This document shows positions 57,231 to 64,000 of a DNA stretch of 64,000 nt, piece after piece. Below the pieces are notes generated by a model. It had not been told where the DNA came from and did no database searches. It saw only the letters and a list, made by a program, of their open reading frames with translations. The DNA comes from Hyaloraphidium curvatum SAG 235-1 (lineage: Eukaryota; Fungi; Monoblepharomycota): NCBI GenBank assembly GCA_025558095.1, contig JAIVFI010000019.1:1-64000 (forward strand). Direction: 5' to 3'. The first letter of the stretch is position 1. The number at the start of each line of letters is the position of its first letter. The translations under genes and the position numbers were made by a program.

Positions 57231-58335
57231 ATGGCCGAGGCGCAGGCTGTCACCAACGCGGGCGAGTTCCGCGACCAGGCGAAGGTCTTCGCCGTGGCGC
57301 GCTCCAAGGCCGAGAAGGACCGGATCCACAAGGTCGCCATCGAGGAGTCGCTCAAGGGCGCCTTCTACGGCCTGATGGTCGGCACGGCCCTGAACATGGC
57401 GCTCACGCGCTACTCGCCGGCGTACGCGAAGTTCAACAAGACCCCGAAGTGGATGTGGGTGCCCCCACCGCCGGCCCATCGGCCGCTGCTGACCCCTCGA
57501 CAGCATGCAGCTGGCTTTCCCCATTGCGGGCTTCGTCATCAATGGCGAGCAGGCGGCATTGTCGCTCGAGCGCGAGTACGCCCTGTCGAGGTCCTACGTC
57601 AAGGTGCGCCTCTTGATCCTGGTCCCTTTTGGCCCGGTGGCGCCCGCCTTTTCCGTCTTCGGTGGACGCCGCTGCATTGCTTGCACGCGGCGCGGCCGAT
57701 TCCGGGGCGCCGCCGGGCCCGGGGCGTGCCGCATCACCGTCTGATCCGTTCTCACACCTTTGCCACCGCCACAGGACCTCGACGGCCTGCCCGGCGAGAT
57801 CAAACAGGCCATGCAGTCCGAGGTGAAGCACGAGAAGTTCACGATGGACGACGTCAAGTCGTACATCCTCGAGAACCGGTACAAGGTCGTCGGGCTTACC
57901 TGGGCCGGCGTCGTCGGCTCGGTGCTGATCACCACCTGGGCAAACAAGAACGTGCGTTCGATTGGACTGCTGCGCCGCCAATTCTCTTGCTCATCCCTTC
58001 TCCTTTCTCTTCAGATGCCCGTGGCGCAGAAGATCATCACCGCCCGTGTCGCCGCGCAGGCCTCCGCCCTCGGCGGCTTCGTGGCCTTCGCCGCCGCCGC
58101 ATCCGTGCCCGTCAGCAAGGACACCGTCGTTGACAAGCTGAACAAGCAGTACTACGAGAAGATGCTGACCTCGGGCTCCTCGACCGAGGCCGCCAAGTGG
58201 GCCGAGAAGTGGCACCAGGAGCTGCTCGCGCGGGCACCCGAGGAGGTCGAGGCCCGGAAGCAGAAGATCCAGGAGCGGTTGGAGGCCGAGGCCAACAAGA
58301 AGAAGCACCACCTCGCCATGGCTACGCAACACTAG
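57231..58335 (+). CDS. RCF2: HIG1-domain mitochondrial respiratory supercomplex factor, Rcf2-like
   Basis: Three introns. N-terminal TM pair, then ENRYKVVGLTWAGVVGS...MPVAQKIITARVAAQ (HIG1 QxxxxARxxAQ motif). Confidence 0.8.
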
Positions 58336-58553
58336 GCGCTTGAGGGACGTAGAGGACCGCTCCTTGGGAGCCGACTGCTCTGGCACGGTGATAGCTGTAC
58401 ATACCTGATAGACTGTATTTTCGGAATCGATTTCTTGAGGGCTGCATTTGATCCTCTCGTCCTTTTGAGTTCTGATATAGCTTTAGCTGCGTGCTTCAGT
58501 GCTTCGACTTGCGAAAGCTCTCGCGCGGCGGATCGGACGGGAGGTGGTGGCCA

Positions 58554-60212
58554 ATGCCAGCATGCCTCCCCCCGCCTCTCCGGCTGCTCCGCAATGCGGT
58601 GGTCCTTGCGACCATTTATTTCCTTTTCTCTCTGCTGCGGTCTCCGTCCCCGCCGGCTACCGTCCCCCTGCCCAAGGCCGGCGCGGAGGACGGCCCGAGT
58701 GCTGCTTGGGTACTCGCGGGGGTGGAACAGCACCTCGCGAACTTGCAGGCGACCGAGGGCACGGTCATCCAGAACAAATTGACGAAGATTCCGCAGGGCC
58801 GGAGGCCGTGCCTGCCGGCGGGCGACGGGGAAGGCGGGCCGCGCGTCTTCGTCCTGCAACGGGGACGGGCGGAGGACCCGGAGATCAACAACCTGCTGGT
58901 CTCGCTGCGGACATTGGGATGGAACCGGACGCGCGTTGTCGACCGAGCTAAAGGATCGGCTGGCGAAGCTGGGCCTTTGGAGCTTGCGGACGCCCTGCGG
59001 GAAGTGTCTTCCGACGAAGCGGTCGTCGCGGTCACGTCGGCCAATGTGCTATTCTTGGCGCCGCCCGAGGCGCTGCTGCAGCATCTTTCGAGCACGACCG
59101 CCAAGGCAGTCGTTTCCCCCTGCGGCGGTGGAGCTACTTGTGCAAATGAGCTCCCTGCCGTCATTGCCGGTTCGGCCAGGGTGGTGATTCGGCACCTCGA
59201 ATCCTTCCAGAAGGCGAACAATCACTCGCTCGGCGATGTGGACAATGCCATGTTTGCCACAGTCTCGGACATGGATGCTGAGCGGACGTACGGGGGCTCC
59301 GGCCTCGCTGCAATCACCAGGGATCGCGTTGCCATTTGTTTTGCGTCGCTCGGACCCCGACGGGACCGGAAGACGCTCACGCCGCTCCAGCGGCTTTATA
59401 CCTCCGTGCTCCCTCCGCTGCGCCAGCGGAATAGGCCCAAGCGGCCGCGCGTCGTGATCTCGCTGACGACGGTTCCGCCGCGGGTTCTGCACATCCGATC
59501 GACGCTCGATACCCTTGTCAACCAGACGATGAAGCCCGACATGATATACCTGCAGATGCCGAAATCGAGCGAGAGGTTCAAGGACGGGTACTGGATCCCG
59601 CGGTGGCTGCGGAAGTTGCCAATCACCGTGAACCGGTGCGACGACCGCGGTCCAGCGACGAAGCTGCTCGGGGTTCTCCCGTTGGAGTCCGATCCGGACA
59701 CATTGATCATCCTGGCCGACGACGACATGATCTATCCTCCGGATATGGTCTCGGATCTGGTCTCGCGCTTCCTCGGTGCCGGCAGCCGGACGGCGGTCGG
59801 CTACGCGGGCCAGGTGATCGAAATGGACAACGGCCGGCTCCGGGTTCAGACGGCGCAGAGCGTATACCACTCCAGCGCGGGCGTGGACGTGCTGGAAGCC
59901 TTCCGCGGCGTGGTGTACCGGCGCGGCTGGTTCGACGCCTCGCTGGAGCGGATCCCGGACGAGTGCCTGCGCACGGACGACATCTGGATCGCGGCGCATC
60001 TGGCCCGCAAGGGGATACCGAGGGTCAAGCTGGAGCAGCCGACCTCGGTCATGGCCCGCGTTTCGGAGAACGACGTGGTGGAGCCGCTGCGGGAGGGGAA
60101 CGTGTTCGGGCAGAAGAGGAACGACCGCTGCGCGGCGCTGCTGAGGCCCGATTTCGAGAGGTGGTGGCTCGAGAAGGAGGTACCATGCCCAGTGGAGTTT
60201 AGGCCGTTGTAG
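58554..60212 (+). CDS. Type II membrane glycosyltransferase: degenerate N-terminal GT-like domain plus C-terminal GT-A domain, intronless
   Basis: TM VVLATIYFLFSLL; VVISLTTVPPR...LVNQTMKPD...DRGPATKLL...IILADDDMIYP (DxD)...TDDIWI. Confidence 0.78.
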   Translation: MPACLPPPLRLLRNAVVLATIYFLFSLLRSPSPPATVPLPKAGAEDGPSAAWVLAGVEQHLANLQATEGTVIQNKLTKIPQGRRPCLPAGDGEGGPRVFVLQRGRAEDPEINNLLVSLRTLGWNRTRVVDRAKGSAGEAGPLELADALREVSSDEAVVAVTSANVLFLAPPEALLQHLSSTTAKAVVSPCGGGATCANELPAVIAGSARVVIRHLESFQKANNHSLGDVDNAMFATVSDMDAERTYGGSGLAAITRDRVAICFASLGPRRDRKTLTPLQRLYTSVLPPLRQRNRPKRPRVVISLTTVPPRVLHIRSTLDTLVNQTMKPDMIYLQMPKSSERFKDGYWIPRWLRKLPITVNRCDDRGPATKLLGVLPLESDPDTLIILADDDMIYPPDMVSDLVSRFLGAGSRTAVGYAGQVIEMDNGRLRVQTAQSVYHSSAGVDVLEAFRGVVYRRGWFDASLERIPDECLRTDDIWIAAHLARKGIPRVKLEQPTSVMARVSENDVVEPLREGNVFGQKRNDRCAALLRPDFERWWLEKEVPCPVEFRPL

Positions 60213-60324
60213 GCGCGGGCGGCGCTGAAGCAGGAGATGGAAAGTGATGACTCGTGCCTCGTGTCTCCCTCGCGAAAATCTCCATCATTGTCTCCCGCAA
60301 ACACCCAGCGTCGCAAGCGGCGGA

Positions 60325-61484
60325 ATGTCGACGCGACCGCGCATCGCGCTCGCCGGAGCCACGCCATCCGCCGACGGGTGGTCGACGGGCACCTTCATCG
60401 CGCGCTCGCTGTTCCGACGCGGCGTTCCGGTTCTCGTTCTCGGCCGCGGAGGAAAGCCCGAATGGGAGGCAGAGGTCAAGGCAGGGGGCGGAACCTTCGT
60501 GAAAGTCGACTACGCGGACGAGGATGGGCTGGCCAAGATCCTGGAGGGCGTGGAGACAGTTGTGTCTGTAGTAGCAGTGAAGGATCCTTCAGGTAAGCTC
60601 CGTTCAACGCATCGGCCTCGCTATTGCCTAATGGCTCTGGTTATCCTCCCCTTCGATGCGTCTTCATGGTCTCGCAGCGATCGCCGACGCCGAATCCGCG
60701 CTGATCCGGGCTGCGGCGCGTGCAGGCGTCACCTGGTTCCTCCCATCCCAGTACGGAGCAGACCAGGAAAACACGCCGCGTGAGAAGTGGTCTCCGATCC
60801 AGCAAAGGAAGAACGCGAACAAGGAGCTCGTGGAGAAGTTGGGCATGAAGTGGACTCTTGTCGTGACAGGTCGGTCTGCCTATCGACCTGACATCGTCAC
60901 TCATCGCTTTCGTTCTGACATGCTGCCCCCAACAGGGATGTTCATGGACGTTCTCTGGTCCCCGCTGCTGGGATGGGACACCTCGAAGGACCCCGCCACG
61001 ACGACCGTAATCAAGGGCGATGGGAAGCTGGCCGCTGTCGCGCTCGAAGATGTCGGGGAGTTTGTGGCCTCCTTGGTCACGGACAAGGATATCGCGGGGC
61101 AGGCAGCAAATCGGGTTAGTCGATCGGATCCTTGGCTTCGAGATGGCCGCTGACGGATGCTCACCATGGCTTTTCAGAGCGTCCGCATCATCGGGGACAG
61201 ATTCCCCGTCGCCCACATCGCCGAGTGCTTTGAAAAGGCCACTGGACGCAAGGTGGCGGTGACAGCTCTCGATCCCGCGGACCCCGCCGCGGTGAGCATG
61301 GCTTTCCCGAGACTGCTGGCCTCGGGGTTCTACGACATTCCGGAGGAACGGTAGGCTTGTGTTGGACAAACCCTGGCAGATTCGTCTGATAATGGTTTCC
61401 TCTGCCAGATGGGACGCAAAGATGTTCCCGAAAGTGCGTGCCTCGAAGCTCGTAGAGTTTGCTCAGAAGAAGTTTGCCGCTTAA
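60325..61484 (+). CDS. NmrA / isoflavone-reductase-like atypical SDR
   Basis: RIALAGAT, VKVDYAD, LEGVETVVSV, LIRAAARAGVTWFLPSQYG, WTLVVTGMFMD, LEDVGEFVA; four introns, stop 61482-61484. Confidence 0.85.
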
Positions 61485-61672
61485 TCGGCTCGAAGGTCCT
61501 GCTGATGTAAGCTCCTTCGTCTTGAAATTGAAAATTCGAGCGAAGCCTGTTCATACTTGGTGCTGTGGAGGTTTCCTCGATGGTCGAAGCCTTCGAGGAC
61601 CAAGAGACGAAAGACCAGAACCTCGAATATGATTGGCAGGGAGGAATCCTCTATCTCCATATATATCTCTTC

Positions 61673-62239
61673 CTAGAGCTTGCCGCTCAGCTCGTCCTTC
61701 ATCTTTCATGAGGAACGGGAGGTCAGACGAATGGAACTGACCACCCAAACCCGCGCACCTGCTCCTCGTCGTAGTAGTCCCGCCAGAGCCCAATTTTGTT
61801 CTGCGAGATCTGCACCTCGAAGGCCCCCATGGCCTTGATTTGAAGCGTCCTTCCGCTCTTCAGCTTGATCATGTCGAGCCGTTCGCAGAGAACGACCTTG
61901 ACGCCCCGGAACTCGAGCTTCCCCATCGAATCAGGTACCTCGGCGATAGAAAGGATCTTTGAAGAACGTTCGGCCTCCTCCTCGTCGTGCCACATCCTTT
62001 CCAACGCGGCCTTGAACTCCACGGGTCCGAAAACCGGCTTGGCGTCGCGCGGGCGCCGGAACCTTCATCGCGACACGTCAGAGCGCGCCGGTCAGCAGGC
62101 GCGGAAGGACATGCCATTCGAAAGAGGGGTGGAGGTGGAACTGGAGCCGCGGCAGGTTCGCGGGGGTCCATGGCGTCGTGAGGAACGAGGTGACGAGCAG
62201 CGCCGCATCGGTCGGCAACGGAGCGTAGGTCGACGTCAT
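61673..62239 (-). CDS. Limonene-1,2-epoxide hydrolase-like (NTF2/SnoaL fold) protein, 152 aa
   Basis: VVLCERLD...MGAFEV...KIGLWRDYYD signature. GC-AG intron 62063-62114 and GT-AG intron 61703-61758; ends SGKL. Confidence 0.8.
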
Positions 62240-62490
62240 GGCGGTGTCTAACGAGCAAGATGCGTCGAGACAACCGGGATTCAGGAAGGAGAACGCGTTT
62301 GAGGGCCGACGCGGGAGACGCTCTCGGAGCAAGCAAGCACGGCTGCAACGATTCAGCCGCGACCGCCCCTCCAAATCTCGTCTGCAGTCTAGCCTTGCAC
62401 TTGCAATCTGTAAGATTTAAGAAGCCACTACTCTTTACAACGATCCTATGAGATGATACAAGATTGGCCGACGATTCCAACCGTGGAACG

Positions 62491-64000
62491 TCACGCAACC
62501 GGCACGAAAGGCCTCATCATCGCGTTGTCCTCTGGCAATGTGGATCAGCATCGCCTGCGCACTTCCTTCTGCGAAGGATACTGACCGTGATGGAGGATGT
62601 GGCAATGATAGACGTACCCCGGCCCGGCAGTCGCGTTGAACGGAAACGCCTCGCCTCGCGTCCCTGTGAAGCGCACCCCGAAGATGGTGACGTACCCCGG
62701 CGGCGCCTTTCCCGTGTCTTTCCATCCTTGCTCGGCGATTTCGGCCGGCTCGGGGTTTCCCTGCAGGTACGGAGTGACGTCGAGGGGCCGCGGGGCCGAA
62801 GACAGCGGCAGCTCGTCCGCCTCGTTCAGCCTCTGCCAGTCCTTGAGGTAGTCCTCCGCCCGGAACTTCTGCCTCGAAGCAATCTGGAACTGCACGAGGT
62901 GGATGTGCATCGGATGCGTGTCCTGGGTGGGGTTGATGAACATCCAGTCCTCCGTGCCGCCGAGCTTGGGAAACTCCGTCGCGGCCACTTCGAACGGGAG
63001 GCCGTTGATGAAGAGACCAGTCGGCCCATTCTCGCCCACGGCTTCAGTCAGGACGATCTGGCGGCGGACCGTCGGCGCGGGCAGGTTCGGGAAGGGGCCG
63101 GCCAAGGTCGGGTTCGAAACGTAGGAGTTCAGCGTAACGCCGATCGCCGCCGCGACGTTGAAACGCATAACGAGTCTCGTCGTTTCGGGATCCACGGGAT
63201 CGCCATCGGGGAAAGGAGCCGGCGCCGAGTTGCGCCAGTAGAGCTTGGTGTTGGGCGGGAATGGCGAAAAGTCGACCACGATGTCGGCACGTTCGCCGGG
63301 CGCAAGCAAGATCGAGGACAAGGTCGCGGGGCTGTACCGGAAGACGCCGTCGGTGCCGATCATCGTGAAGGGCACGGTAGTGTTGGAATCGCCGCGGACC
63401 AGCGCCAGGTCAAAGAACCGCGAATCAGCTCCGTTGAGCATGCGGAAACGATAGGCGCCTCGGGCGACTTGGAGGTTCGGCCTGAGGCGGTCGCCGCATC
63501 AGATGGACTGGCAGCAGATGCTTCAGATCACCAACCAAGCTTTGCCGTTGACCACGACCACATCACCGAAGTATTCCGGGTTCCAGTTTGGATGGACGGA
63601 CGGGTTGTCGCCTTCCTTCTCGATGTAGATCGAGCCGTCGGCGCGGAACGTGCGGTCTTGCATCACGATCGGAATCTCGTACGGTCCGGAGGGAAGAACG
63701 CTGGCTTCGACAGGGTGCTTGATGATGTAGAATCCCGCCATTCCTGCCCCTGCGCCTCAGTACTGCCCGATCGCAAGAATCGGGGGTTTGAACTCACCCG
63801 CGAGCACGTTGAGCCTCGTCATGTACGCGACATGGTCGTGGTGCCATAAAGTCGTGGGCTTCATCGCGTTCGGATAGACAAACACGGCCGAATCCGTCCC
63901 GGTGGCTTCGGCACTCGAATACGTCGGGCCCCGCTGCCCGGCAGCCGTCCAATAGGCGTCGGGATGGCCGTCCGAGGCGCTCGGCGAGGCGGAGCCGTGC
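62491..64000 (-). CDS. Multicopper oxidase, CotA/bilirubin oxidase/LPR type; 5' end outside window
   Basis: SDGHP, WHHDH, WNPEYFGD, YRFRMLNG, PGERADI, HPMHIHLVQF and HCHILHHEDNAMMRPF after splicing three introns. Confidence 0.93.

Noticed and set aside
2683-64000. Many long antisense or overlapping ORFs (e.g. 2683-4017+, 19520-21304-, 42221-43861+, 62464-63849+)
   Set aside because: They are Arg/Pro/Gly/Ala-rich shadows of real genes, expected at this GC content and codon bias.
60325-64000. NmrA + epoxide hydrolase + multicopper oxidase as a secondary-metabolite cluster
   Set aside because: No backbone synthase or transporter lies in the window; it cannot be supported without the downstream sequence.

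Overview
Eukaryotic genomic DNA, very GC-rich, with short (about 50-85 nt) spliceosomal introns. Donors are mostly GTGGGT/GTGAGC/GTGCGT and branch sites are CTGAC/CTCAC. Fungal marker families (Zn2Cys6, fungal MHR domain, APSES, FOX2-type double SDR, Rcf2) occur alongside genes absent from yeasts (CC2D1/Lgd). This points to an early-diverging, chytrid-like fungus, possibly a monoblepharidomycete such as Hyaloraphidium (inference only). I built about 29 gene models by hand-splicing; most six-frame ORFs are GC-rich shadows. No rRNA, tRNA, CRISPR or intact transposon was seen. The main discovery candidate is three dispersed paralogues (17.7 kb, 27.0 kb, 55.1 kb) of an unannotated ~500-aa membrane family. 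Its helix layout and split last helix match the insect gustatory/odorant receptor and plant DUF3537 7TM ion-channel superfamily, with family-specific cysteine motifs. Other highlights: an intron-containing carboxysome-type (CsoSCA-like) beta-carbonic anhydrase; a tandem FOX2 pair with no hydratase domain (SDR-SDR-SCP2 and SDR-SDR) plus a likely gene-conversion tract; a ~1900-aa winged-helix + AT-hook + double APSES protein; several bacterial-type enzymes; three GC-AG introns; two genes with fresh lesions. All family assignments come from motif recognition, not database searches.
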